NCBI GenBank assembly: GCA_014360195.1
Contig: JACIXY010000003.1
Span: 17,100 to 81,099, forward strand
DNA length: 64,000 bases
Source of the DNA: Bacillota bacterium
Lineage (GTDB): Bacteria; Bacillota; SHA-98; UBA4971
Reading direction: 5' to 3'
Below the pieces are notes generated by a model. It was given only the letters and a program-made list of their open reading frames with translations. It was not told the DNA's origin and ran no database searches. A program made the translations under genes and the position numbers. Below are positions 1 through 8,361 of this stretch, in pieces (positions within the stretch are counted from its first letter, which is position 1; every line of letters starts with the position of its first letter).

Positions 1-86
1 CGCTGGCCGAGGCCCTCCCGGAACTTCGCCGGGATCGCAAGTCGGCCCTTATCATCCACAGAGTGGTCGTAGGTCCCGATAAACAC
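1..86 (-). CDS. mraZ: MraZ transcriptional regulator, N-terminal fragment (gene runs leftwards out of the window)
   Basis: Edge-truncated, so absent from the ORF track. Reverse-strand translation from GTG at 86-84 reads [28 protein letters not shown], the canonical MraZ N-terminus (MF.GEY.H.LD.KGR..IPAKFR). Alternative GTG starts lie 18-21 nt upstream. Confidence 0.8.
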   Translation of the reverse strand, partial: MFIGTYDHSVDDKGRLAIPAKFREGLGQ

Positions 87-101
87 TGGGGGCGCCGCTT
101 C

Positions 102-127
102 CACCACTTCTCCCCACTTTTCCCCAC
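102..127 (-). promoter_or_regulatory. Three 10-bp-phased MraZ-box-like repeats (GTGGGG-N4-GTGGGG-N4-GTGGTG on the minus strand)
   Basis: The plus strand shows CACCAC (102-107), CCCCAC (112-117) and CCCCAC (122-127), exactly 10 bp apart and 16 nt upstream of the mraZ GTG. MraZ is known to autoregulate through tandem GTGGG/TGGGN repeats with about 10-bp periodicity. Confidence 0.6.
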
Positions 128-361
128 ATTGGTAACACCTTTCTTCTATATCGCGGCCGGGATTCCTTCTCCTCGAAGCAACTTTTTTCTTGAATCTGCA
201 GGGTTTGCGGCCCCAGAGCGGGGCGAAGAGGGCCAGGATGAGTCCGCGGCCGTCCGATCACCCTGGCTAGCCAGGGGACAGCTTTGTAGCACCCTTTGGC
301 CAAGCTCATACACTATAGTGAACCCGGAACTTACGGGTAGAACACCCAGCGCCTTGGAGGG

Positions 362-781
362 ATGAGGGTGAACGATACAACGGAGTACCATGAGCCCCAT
401 ATGCGGGTATTAAGGATCGTTCAAGACTGTGAAGCCATATGTGAAGATACAATTGCTGTTATATTGGCGAGACCAGACGTCCAGCCAAGGAGGACACAGC
501 TCCAATTGCTGCGCGACTGTGCGGACATTTGTACCTTAACTGCGAAATACTTTGCACGCAACAGCACTTTCTCAAGGCACATGGCCCATCTCTGTGCGAT
601 AGTGTGTGAGGTCTGTAGAAATGAGTGCCTGAGGCACTCCGACCCAGAATCGCAGCACTGCGGCCGTGTTTGCCTGGAGTGTGCAAGGGAGTGCAGGGCT
701 TTTGCGGGCCACCCCGGCTATCCCGGCCCTGGTAGCGGTGATATGTTCGGAGTATACTCCGAACCGGAGAAGAAGGACTAA
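362..781 (+). CDS. Cysteine-rich four-helix-bundle (DUF326-type, copper-binding-like) protein
   Basis: Repeated C-x3-C-x2-C type motifs (DCEAICEDT, DCADICT, CAIVCEVCRNEC, CGRVCLECAREC). Start is uncertain: ATG 362, GTG 368 (GGAGGG + 6 nt) or ATG 401. The TAA stop lies inside repeat R1. Confidence 0.7.
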   Translation: MRVNDTTEYHEPHMRVLRIVQDCEAICEDTIAVILARPDVQPRRTQLQLLRDCADICTLTAKYFARNSTFSRHMAHLCAIVCEVCRNECLRHSDPESQHCGRVCLECARECRAFAGHPGYPGPGSGDMFGVYSEPEKKD

Positions 782-904
782 GTGAGGGTGCGTTACTTCT
801 TGTCCCTTTTCCAGTGGTTGCCGGGTCGCCGGTGTTGCACTCTCTCTTTGAGTCACCGGCAACCCTTCCCCAGAAGTTGGAGGCATTTCCGCACCCTCAC
901 TTAG
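778..904 (+). repeat. R1: TIR-bounded hairpin element, short form (MITE-like)
   Basis: CTAAGTGAGGGTGCG (778-792) and CGCACCCTCACTTAG (890-904) form a perfect 15-bp terminal inverted repeat. Central hairpin is GCCGGTG-ttgcactctctctttgagt-CACCGGC. Same architecture as R2-R10. Confidence 0.9.
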
Positions 905-1014
905 AGGGGGCGGTTGGGAAAGCGGCCCGGGCATGTGCTGCCAGGGCCGCCGGAACCTGAAACCGTGTCCATCCTGCGCCGGGGTGGTCGCCTTCCTTCA
1001 AGATATGCAATAAC

Positions 1015-1557
1015 CTACGACGCCACCCGGCATCGAGGGCACTTGATGAAGTCCTCTCGTTCGAGCACCATCAGGATGACCTTCCTGGGGGATTTTCCCG
1101 CCTCGAGCTTCCGGGTCATTATCCACTCCTTGCGGAAGCCGCACTTCTCGAAACACTTGACAGCAGGGACGTTCTCCGCCAGCACGCGCAGGTAAATTCG
1201 GGTCAGCTTCGTGTTGCTGAAGACGTACTCAAGCAGACAGCTTACGGCATCCTGCCCGTAGCCCCTGCCTCTGTACCGATCGTCGCCAATCCTCACGACA
1301 AGCTCGGCCTCACGTTTGCGCCAGCTTATCTCCACGAGGCCGATGTCTCCGATGAGCGAGCCGTCGCGAGCTTCGATGGCGAACATCCTCGCCGTCCGGG
1401 AACGCAGGATCCTTTCGTAGTCCTTTCGGTTATCGAGGTGCCGGTCATCGCTTGGTCCGGGCACTGCTGCAACGTAGTAGTCCAAGTCCCATCCACAGAC
1501 AGTTTCCAGGTCTTTTTCGCCCAGCGGGCGAAGTACTACTTTTATTCCTTCGATCAC
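1015..1557 (-). CDS. GNAT family N-acetyltransferase (RimJ/RimL-like)
   Basis: Acetyltransferase core (RIGDDRYRGRGYGQDAVSCLLEYVF, NVPAVKCFEKCGFRKE). The track ORF extends to 1671, but GTG at 1557 has AGAGGTG 8 nt upstream and gives a typical product of about 180 aa. Confidence 0.75.
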   Translation of the reverse strand: MIEGIKVVLRPLGEKDLETVCGWDLDYYVAAVPGPSDDRHLDNRKDYERILRSRTARMFAIEARDGSLIGDIGLVEISWRKREAELVVRIGDDRYRGRGYGQDAVSCLLEYVFSNTKLTRIYLRVLAENVPAVKCFEKCGFRKEWIMTRKLEAGKSPRKVILMVLEREDFIKCPRCRVAS

Positions 1558-1717
1558 TTGCGCGACACCTCTATTTCTGTTCTTCACCTCCCCACCTGTC
1601 GCAGAAAAAGTTCGACCGTACGAGGGCAATACCTTCATGTAATTATATCCGCTTCTAGCAGCTGCGGCCATGGATGCGCCCGCGATTCGGACGGTATCAC
1701 GGCGCTCGGGTAGCCCC

Positions 1718-1978
1718 TTACCTGGGCTGCACTATGAGCTTAATAGCGGTGCGTTCCTCGCCATCGATCTCGACGTCAGCGAAAGCGGGTATCATGACCA
1801 GATCCATGCCGCTCGGCGCCACGAAGCCCCGAGCGATCGCAACGGCTTTCACGGCCTGGTTGAGCGCCGCGGCGCCTATGGCCTGCACCTCAGCGAAACC
1901 GCGCTCCCTCACTACGCCGGCGAGGGCACCCGCAACTGAGTTCGGGTTCGACTTTGAGGACACCTTGAGAACTTCCAT
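1718..1978 (-). CDS. spoVS: Stage V sporulation protein S
   Basis: 86-aa protein MEVLKVSSKSNPNSVAGALAGVVRE...AIGAAALNQAVKAVAIARGF, the characteristic SpoVS sequence. Confidence 0.9.
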   Translation of the reverse strand: MEVLKVSSKSNPNSVAGALAGVVRERGFAEVQAIGAAALNQAVKAVAIARGFVAPSGMDLVMIPAFADVEIDGEERTAIKLIVQPR

Positions 1979-2074
1979 GTATAATTCCTCCTAACATGGT
2001 TGGGACTACCTGCTGCCATGTTCATAGTTATATGCTGCTAGCCAGATTCCTGCTAATCGCATGTTCACATTGTG

Positions 2075-2104
2075 AAAAAAGCTGGGCCGCGCATACGCGC
2101 GGCC
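2075..2104 (-). terminator. Rho-independent terminator downstream of ymdB
   Basis: Minus strand reads GGCCGCGC-gtat-GCGCGGCC followed by cagcTTTTTT. 8-bp GC stem at 2085-2092/2097-2104, T-tract at 2075-2080. Confidence 0.6.
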
Positions 2105-2120
2105 GGACGATCTTTTAAGG

Positions 2121-2912
2121 TCATGCGCTCTCCACTGCAAGCACTCTCTCGATGCTCTTAGCCTTCCCCGTCGCCCCGTCAATCGTCACCACAGCCCCGG
2201 AGATCTGCGCGCGGCCCGATGCAGTCTCGAACTTCGCAGGTAGTCCGGTAAGAAACCGCCCGATGATGATGTCTTTCCGCACCCCGATCACCGACTCAAC
2301 CGGACCTGTCATTCCGAGGTCGGTAATAAACGCCGTCCCGCCGGGCAGGACCCTCTCATCGGCCGTCTGAACATGCGTGTGGGTGCCGACCACACACGCG
2401 ACCCGACCGTCAAGGTACCAGCCCAAAGCGACCTTTTCAGAGGTCGCCTCGGCGTGGAAATCCACAACGAACACGTCACACCTTGAGGACAGTTCCTCGA
2501 GGATCCTGTCGGCCGTGCGGAACGGGCAGTCGATCGGCGCCATGAAGACCCGGCCCGCAAGGTTGACCACACAGAGACGCAACCCGCTTGCAAGCTGGAC
2601 CACCGTCGCGCCTCTCCCCGGCGCCCCCGGAGGATAGTTCGCCGGTCGTAGCACCCGCTCGCTGGTGGCCAGTATCTGGTAGAACTCTTTCTTATTCCAC
2701 ACATGGTTGCCCGTGGTGATGACATTCACGCCGCAGCCGAAGATCTCGTCCGCCGTGTCCGCAGTGAGGCCAAAGCCCCCTGCCGCGTTCTCCCCATTGG
2801 CGATCACCGCATCGGGTCGCAACTCCTGTACAAGACCAGGGAGCAGAACCCGGCAGGCCCTGCGCCCTGGCTTACCCACGATATCGCCGATGAAGAGAAT
2901 CCTTAGAATCAT
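2121..2912 (-). CDS. ymdB: YmdB-type metallophosphoesterase (2',3'-cyclic-nucleotide 2'-phosphodiesterase, TIGR00282 family)
   Basis: MILRILFIGDIVGKPGR, NGENAAGGFG, GNHVWNKKE and DFHAEATSEK motifs. Conserved position downstream of rny. Confidence 0.9.
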   Translation of the reverse strand: MILRILFIGDIVGKPGRRACRVLLPGLVQELRPDAVIANGENAAGGFGLTADTADEIFGCGVNVITTGNHVWNKKEFYQILATSERVLRPANYPPGAPGRGATVVQLASGLRLCVVNLAGRVFMAPIDCPFRTADRILEELSSRCDVFVVDFHAEATSEKVALGWYLDGRVACVVGTHTHVQTADERVLPGGTAFITDLGMTGPVESVIGVRKDIIIGRFLTGLPAKFETASGRAQISGAVVTIDGATGKAKSIERVLAVESA

Positions 2913-3487
2913 GACCTGGTCCGCTCGCTCCGCTTCTCGCTCTGCTTGTTGAAGACGAGCACCCGCCCGTCGTCGCGGAAACCGATGAGCTTTCTGTGCT
3001 GTATGGTCTCCTTAAGATCTTCCAGCATATTCTCTATCATTTCGTCCTGGAACACGAGATCTTCGTCGAAAGCCGCTTCATCCGTCACGCCCTCGGTCAC
3101 AAGCGAGGACCCCAGTTGGCCCCTGGCAAACTCGATTATGAGCGATATCTCCTCCTGGGTCAGAGTGGCGGCGTCTCTGGAGATCTCGACCAGGGACACC
3201 CCGTCGTAGTCACGCCGCTCCACCCGCAGCATTGGGGACATGCCGTGGACCAGCGCCGCATACCCCTCGACACTTTCGTGCAAGCCATCGCGGAATGCCT
3301 TCCATACATCTTCCGAGATCGGCCTCGACACCATGAACGTGAACTTGAGCACCTTCCCCTGAGGAACGAAGTTCACGGTAGCTATCTCGGGGTATCGTAC
3401 GAGTATGGAGATGAGAAGGCTCACGCTGTTCGCGGTGCCATCGTCAACTGCGCGAGACTCACCAACACGCCCTGCCACTTTGACCAC
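2909..3487 (-). CDS. Hypothetical protein between rny and ymdB
   Basis: 192-aa ORF whose stop overlaps the ymdB start (ATGA-type overlap at 2909-2912). Acidic C-terminal half; I recognise no family. Start is GTG 3487 or GTG 3478 (GAGGGAGG upstream). Confidence 0.6.
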   Translation of the reverse strand: MVKVAGRVGESRAVDDGTANSVSLLISILVRYPEIATVNFVPQGKVLKFTFMVSRPISEDVWKAFRDGLHESVEGYAALVHGMSPMLRVERRDYDGVSLVEISRDAATLTQEEISLIIEFARGQLGSSLVTEGVTDEAAFDEDLVFQDEMIENMLEDLKETIQHRKLIGFRDDGRVLVFNKQSEKRSERTRS

Positions 3488-3606
3488 CCTCCCTCAACAC
3501 CTACAACAGGATTCTCTACTCGCGCCCAAACTCCTGCTTGAGGCTTTTTCAGAAGGATATGGCAGGGTGGGATGTTCCCGCCTTGCCTCCACCTTTTGGT
3601 CTCGCA

Positions 3607-5142
3607 TCACTTCGCGTAATCAACCACGCGCGTCTCGCGGATGACGGTGACCTTGATCTGGCCCGGGTACTCAAGCTCTTCTTCGATCTTCTTCACGATA
3701 TCCCGCGCAAGCCGGACCGCCGCCAGGTCATCGATCTTTTCGGGCTTCACCATTATTCTGATCTCGCGGCCGGCCTGAATCGCGTAGGCCTTCTCCACAC
3801 CATCGAAGGAGTCGGCAACCTCCTCCAGTTTCGTCAGGCGCTTGATATAGGCCTCCAGCGTCTCGCGTCTCGCGCCGGGCCGCGCCGCTGAAATCGCGTC
3901 CGCCGCCTGGACCAGGACAGCCTCGATCGTCTTCGGCTCCTCGTCCCCGTGGTGCGTCGCGATGGCGTGAATCACCTCCGGCGACTCCCTGTACTTACGT
4001 GCCAGGTCAACCCCTATCTGGACATGAGGACCTTCGACCTCATGGTCGACGGCCTTACCGATGTCATGGAGCAGGCCCGCCCGCTTCGCCACCGCGATGT
4101 TCGCCCCAAGCTCAGCGGCCATGCCCGCCGCGAGATGCGCAACCTCAAGAGAGTGCTTCAGCACATTCTGGCCGAAGCTGGACCTGAACTTCAGCCTCCC
4201 CAGAAGACGTATGAGTTCGGGATGGAGACCGTGCACCCCCGCCTCGATGGCGGCGCTCTCTCCCTCCTCCTTGATGATGGCTTCCACTTCCTTCTGGGCT
4301 TTCTCCACCATCTCCTCGATGCGCGCCGGGTGGATCCGCCCGTCGGAGATCAGTTTCTCCAGAGCCACCTTGGCGATCTCCCGCCGCACCGGATCGAAAC
4401 CGGACAGGATAACAGCCTCAGGAGTATCGTCGATTATCAGGTCGATTCCGGTAAGCGTCTCAAGGGCCCGGATATTCCTGCCCTCACGCCCGATGATTCT
4501 GCCCTTCATCTCGTCATTTGGAAGAGAGACCACCGACACGCTGGTCTCGGCCACGTGATCCGCCGCGCACCGCTGGATGGCGGCTGCCACAATCTCTCGG
4601 GCGCGCCTGTCCGCCTCCTCTTTCGCCTGTGCTTCGATGTCCCTTATCATGACCGCGGCCTCATGGCGGATCTCGTTCTCGATATCCTTCAGGAGAAGCG
4701 CCTTCGCTTCCTCCGACGACAGCCCGGATATCCGCTGGAGCTCGGCCCTTTGCTCCGCGTGCAGCCTTGCGAGTTCCTCCTTCGCCGCCTCAAGCTCCCG
4801 CTCTTTTCTGGTTATGGACTCCTCTTTGCGTTCGAGCGCTTCCAGTTTCCTGTCGAGGCTTTCTTCCTTCTGAAGGAGCCGCCTTTCGGTTCTCTGGAGC
4901 TCAGCCCGGCGGGTCCGCTCTTCCTGCTCGATCTCGTTGCGGAGCCGGTGCGCCTCCTCCTTGGCTTCCAGCAGGATCTCCCTTTTGGCAGCCTCGGCCT
5001 CTTTCTCAGCCTCTTCAACGATCCTCTTCGCGGCAAGCTCCGCCGACTCGATCTTGGCCTCTGCCAGGGTCTTCCTGGCGACGTACCCGAGGGCAGCTCC
5101 AACCACGACAGAAATGACGACTGCTACTATGACTGCAATAAT
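3607..5142 (-). CDS. rny: Ribonuclease Y
   Basis: Coiled-coil N-region, KH domain ([21 protein letters not shown]) and HD domain ([12 protein letters not shown]). The track ORF starts at GTG 5106, but the expected N-terminal TM helix ([21 protein letters not shown]) is encoded in frame upstream. I therefore place the start at ATT 5142-5140, 8 nt after GGAGGTG (see finding). Confidence 0.9.
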   Translation of the reverse strand: MIAVIVAVVISVVVGAALGYVARKTLAEAKIESAELAAKRIVEEAEKEAEAAKREILLEAKEEAHRLRNEIEQEERTRRAELQRTERRLLQKEESLDRKLEALERKEESITRKERELEAAKEELARLHAEQRAELQRISGLSSEEAKALLLKDIENEIRHEAAVMIRDIEAQAKEEADRRAREIVAAAIQRCAADHVAETSVSVVSLPNDEMKGRIIGREGRNIRALETLTGIDLIIDDTPEAVILSGFDPVRREIAKVALEKLISDGRIHPARIEEMVEKAQKEVEAIIKEEGESAAIEAGVHGLHPELIRLLGRLKFRSSFGQNVLKHSLEVAHLAAGMAAELGANIAVAKRAGLLHDIGKAVDHEVEGPHVQIGVDLARKYRESPEVIHAIATHHGDEEPKTIEAVLVQAADAISAARPGARRETLEAYIKRLTKLEEVADSFDGVEKAYAIQAGREIRIMVKPEKIDDLAAVRLARDIVKKIEEELEYPGQIKVTVIRETRVVDYAK

Positions 5143-5374
5143 ATCGGATTCACCTCCCTCTCATAAACAAAGCCGAGCATGAACTCGGCCACTAGATGGA
5201 AGACACATTATATGTCATCATAGAGTCTAGTGCCGGAGCGCTGTCTCCGGCCGGAACCGGAATTCACGTTTATTGTACCTTTTCCGCTTTTAGGTGTCAA
5301 GGCAATCGCGAAACCACGCAAGCGCGCGAGCGCGGGCAAGGCAACGTCCCCGCAGACGCCGCCAGGGGGCCGAG

Positions 5375-5887
5375 CTAGCCCAGTACCTTGCGGAGTGCCC
5401 TCTCGATGACCTCGGACGAGAACCCGCGCCGGGCGAGAAAGCCGTAGAGCCTCCGTCGCGCAACGCCCTCATTTCCGCCGAGCGACATGCCGAGCCGCTC
5501 CAGCCATGTGCGTGCCAGGGCAAGCGCTACTTCGCTTTCCCTCTCACCCTCGAACGCCCGGCGTAACGCCTGCTCTATGATAGACCCTGGCACGCCCCGC
5601 CGCGAGAGCTCAGCCCGTATGCGATGAGGGCCAATGCCCCGTCTTTCTGCACCGTTCTCAGCGAATCTTGCCGCCAGCTTCTCATCGTCGAGATATCCCA
5701 GAGACATCATCTCCGCCAGGACCTCGCCGACGACATCCTCTGGAAAGCCTTTCCTCCGGAGCTTTGATTCAAGCTCCTTTACGGTCCGATCACTCATCGC
5801 GAGGAGCCTGAGAGCATAGCTCCTTGCCTTCTGGTCCAGGTTCGCCGGACCGCCACCTCTCGCGTCACCCTCTCTTACTGTGATCAC
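5375..5887 (-). CDS. recX: Recombination regulator RecX
   Basis: Three-repeat helical RecX-like sequence (ALRLLAMSDRTVKELESKLRRKGFPEDVVGEVL...) directly downstream of recA. Confidence 0.85.
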   Translation of the reverse strand: MITVREGDARGGGPANLDQKARSYALRLLAMSDRTVKELESKLRRKGFPEDVVGEVLAEMMSLGYLDDEKLAARFAENGAERRGIGPHRIRAELSRRGVPGSIIEQALRRAFEGERESEVALALARTWLERLGMSLGGNEGVARRRLYGFLARRGFSSEVIERALRKVLG

Positions 5888-6172
5888 CCTCTCCTCAATA
5901 AATGTTTACTCTCCATCTTCTTGGCATTTTACTTCGACCCGCAAATCGTCCGGTCTCGCCCGCAAAGCACGCAGGCATCCCTGCCATCGCTTCCGGATAC
6001 ATTATCGGCTTTGCCCATCCGTGACATGCCCCCAGGCACCCACCCGCCGCCGGGGCACGGCTGCGGCATCTCGTTCCCAACTAAACGTTCTCGTCTTTGT
6101 CGAAAACTCCTTCTGAGTCTCGTCCGTCAGGCGTCACCCTGCGACGCATCCGGCGCGCGGTCGACAGGTACT

Positions 6173-6202
6173 ACAAAACGAGGGAAGGCAATGGGCCTTC
6201 CC
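6173..6202 (-). terminator. Rho-independent terminator downstream of recA
   Basis: Minus strand reads GGGAAGGC-ccatt-GCCTTCCC followed by tcgTTTTGT, 40 nt after the recA stop. Confidence 0.65.
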
Positions 6203-6241
6203 CCTCTCACAGGCTATGAATATGCTTGCGGAAACACACCG

Positions 6242-7273
6242 TCAACTTGTCTCGCCCTCAGCCGAGCTTGACGGGCCAGGCGAAGGCAGCTTGAGACCTG
6301 CGAGATGCCGGATCTTGTTCTCGATCTCAGCAGCAAGGTCTGGATTATCCCGCAGGAACTCGCGGGCGTTTTCTCTGCCCTGCCCTAGCTTTATGTCGCC
6401 GTACGAGTACCAGGTGCCGCTTCGCGTTATTATGTCATTGGCCTCGCCCAGATCGAGTATGCTACCCTCACGGGAGATACCCTGGCCGTAGATGATGTCG
6501 AACTCAGCCTCGCGGAAGGGAGGCGCGATCTTGTTCTTGACGACTCTAGCCCTGGTGCGACTGCCGATCATCTGCTGCCCCTGCTTCAGCACCTCGACCC
6601 GCTTCACCTCAAGCCGTATGGTCGCATAGAACTTGAGCGCCCGCCCCCCAGGAGTAACCTCCGGGTTTCCGAACATCACCCCGACCTTCTCACGAATCTG
6701 GTTGATGAATATGGCGCATGTGCGTGACTTGCCGATGGCGGCCGTAAGCTTGCGAAGCGCCTGCGACATCAGCCTCGCCTGCAGCCCCACGTGGGCATCG
6801 CCCATCTCACCTTCGATCTCCGCCCGAGGGGTAAGGGCCGCCACAGAGTCGATGACCACCACATCCACCGCGCCGCTGCGCACCAGCGCCTCCGCTATCT
6901 CCAGCGCCTGCTCTCCTGTGTCGGGCTGGGAGATAAGAAGGTTGTCAATATCCACCCCGAGCCTCTTCGCATAGACCGGGTCAAGGGCGTGCTCCGCGTC
7001 AATGAACGCAGCGATCCCCCCGGCTTTCTGTGCTTCGGCAATGACGTGCAGGGCCACTGTGGTCTTGCCGGAAGACTCCGGGCCGAATATCTCTATCACT
7101 CTCCCCCGAGGCATCCCGCCTATCCCGAGCGCGATATCCAACGACAGAGCACCGGTGGGAATCGCCTCGACGGAGAGGCGGGCGTCGGCCTCACCCAGCC
7201 TCATGATTGAGCCCTTTCCGAACTGCTTTTCTATCTGTGACAAGGCCATCTCGAGAGCCTTCTCCTTCTCCAT
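6242..7273 (-). CDS. recA: Recombinase RecA
   Basis: [28 protein letters not shown], Walker [10 protein letters not shown], and [17 protein letters not shown]. The track ORF has a 32-codon 5' extension; ATG 7273 has GGAGGA 5 nt upstream. Confidence 0.97.
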   Translation of the reverse strand: MEKEKALEMALSQIEKQFGKGSIMRLGEADARLSVEAIPTGALSLDIALGIGGMPRGRVIEIFGPESSGKTTVALHVIAEAQKAGGIAAFIDAEHALDPVYAKRLGVDIDNLLISQPDTGEQALEIAEALVRSGAVDVVVIDSVAALTPRAEIEGEMGDAHVGLQARLMSQALRKLTAAIGKSRTCAIFINQIREKVGVMFGNPEVTPGGRALKFYATIRLEVKRVEVLKQGQQMIGSRTRARVVKNKIAPPFREAEFDIIYGQGISREGSILDLGEANDIITRSGTWYSYGDIKLGQGRENAREFLRDNPDLAAEIENKIRHLAGLKLPSPGPSSSAEGETS

Positions 7274-7485
7274 CGCGTTCCTCCTTCTCAGGAATGTGTC
7301 TTCTGCCAGAGGCGTGCCCAAACCGTGTTCCCCAGCACCCTGCGTGTCCTGTGCCGGTTTCCTGTACACGGGTCATACAGGTCGACCGAAGCCATCGGAG
7401 CGCAAGTGCGCTTGCCCCATTCTCGGGGCAGCCTGAGACGCGCGGCCATCGCAGCGAGCGGTAGCGGGACACGCCGCACATTTGA

Positions 7486-7514
7486 ATTGTACCTTACTCT
7501 CTCAACTCCCACAA
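7486..7514 (-). promoter_or_regulatory. Candidate sigma-A-type promoter for recA (TTGTGG-17 nt-TACAAT)
   Basis: On the minus strand, -35 TTGTGG (7514-7509), a 17-nt spacer and -10 TACAAT (7491-7486). Implies a leader of about 205 nt. Confidence 0.4.
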
Positions 7515-7570
7515 TAGGCGCAGAACACCGTCTGTCGGCGGAAACGGCCCCCTCCCCCTCGGAGGGAGAA

Positions 7571-7584
7571 AGAACGTCTGTTCG
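7571..7584. promoter_or_regulatory. Cheo/LexA-box-like palindrome AGAACGTCTGTTCG
   Basis: Matches the Gram-positive SOS box core GAAC-N4-GTTC. It lies about 300 nt upstream of the recA ATG and about 60 nt upstream of the candidate -35. One chance occurrence of this 8-nt core is expected per window of this size. Confidence 0.35.
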
Positions 7585-7629
7585 CTTTACGCCTCTCACG
7601 CACACGCCGCCGCGCCGGTTCTCTCTGTC

Positions 7630-7753
7630 CTAAGTGAGAGTGCGTTGGTTCTTGTCCCCTTGCCAGTAGTTGCCCGGTTGACGGTGTTGCGTTCTCTCCT
7701 TGAGTCACCGGCAACCTTCCAAGAGTCGGGAGCATTTCTACACCCACACTTAG
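7630..7753 (+). repeat. R2: TIR-bounded hairpin element, short form
   Basis: Ends are CTAAGTGAGAGTGCG ... CTACACCCACACTTAG. Core is GACGGTG-ttgcgttctctccttgagt-CACCGGC. The thpR TAA stop (7752-7750) lies in the right end. Confidence 0.9.
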
Positions 7754-8328
7754 GAAAGCGAAACGATCGCAACCGGGCTGTATATCGGCCCGCGGCTCGC
7801 AAGCTCGCTCGCTACCAGCTGGACCGTGTCAACTCTCATCGTACCCTCCAGGGGCGCACTGGACGAAAGCCGGTCCGCGAGCGCATGCAGGTTGCGGCCC
7901 GACCTCACCCGTCCTATAGTGAGGTGCGGCGAGATGCCTTTGCCTTCACTCCTGAAGCCCTCTGCCTTCATCGTCTCCTCCACTATGGAGGCGAGTGTCA
8001 CGAAGGGCTGCCTACCGACGCTCACCCCGACCCATATCACCCGCGGGTCCTGGATCCGCGGGAAGGCTCCGGCAGCCCCCAGACCCAGCTCGAACGCGTC
8101 TACACCTCCCACGCAAGCCTGGAGCCTCTTGGTCAAGGCCTCCAGCCTCGATTCCTCGACGTCACCAAGGAACTTGAGGGTGAAGTGAAGGTTCTCGGGC
8201 TCGACCCACTTGACATCCGCTCCGCTCTGGGCAAGGTGCCTCTGAAGGGCTACCACCTGCGGGCGAAGGGCCGGGTCCAGAAAAACGGCGATGAAACATC
8301 GAACGGACCTCAAATTGAAACCTCCCAA
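7750..8328 (-). CDS. thpR: RNA 2',3'-cyclic phosphodiesterase (2'-5' RNA ligase family, ThpR/LigT)
   Basis: Two H-x-T-x motifs (HFTLKFLG and HLTIGRV), typical of the 2H phosphoesterase family. Confidence 0.85.
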   Translation of the reverse strand: MGGFNLRSVRCFIAVFLDPALRPQVVALQRHLAQSGADVKWVEPENLHFTLKFLGDVEESRLEALTKRLQACVGGVDAFELGLGAAGAFPRIQDPRVIWVGVSVGRQPFVTLASIVEETMKAEGFRSEGKGISPHLTIGRVRSGRNLHALADRLSSSAPLEGTMRVDTVQLVASELASRGPIYSPVAIVSLS

Positions 8329-8361
8329 AGACCGGCTGATGATCTCTTCTACACCGTAGGG

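Noticed and set aside
130-360. Possible structured RNA gene in the mraZ-upstream region (GC-rich helices around 200-290)
   Set aside because: I could trace no tRNA cloverleaf or recognisable Rfam-like motif. Only the 16-bp palindrome is reported, as a low-interest finding.
1642-1647. TATAAT hexamer (minus strand) as a GNAT-gene promoter
   Set aside because: A perfect -10 hexamer is present, but there is no acceptable -35 (TGGCCG) or TG extension at the right spacing. Left unannotated.
3949-5166. 405-aa plus-strand ORF antisense to rny. Similar long antisense ORFs occur at 11369-12616, 16852-18597, 32821-34779, 36378-37460, 42274-43368, 45117-46367, 57690-58685 and 60916-61983.
   Set aside because: Each lies opposite a gene with unambiguous family motifs. 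All are Arg/Pro/His/Gly-rich, low-complexity translations characteristic of the antisense frame of GC-rich coding DNA.
5895-6080. 61-aa minus-strand ORF in the 354-nt recA-recX spacer
   Set aside because: It has no SD and an Arg/Ala/Gly-rich composition, and it lies just downstream of the recA terminator. It is more likely an untranslated recX leader or promoter region.
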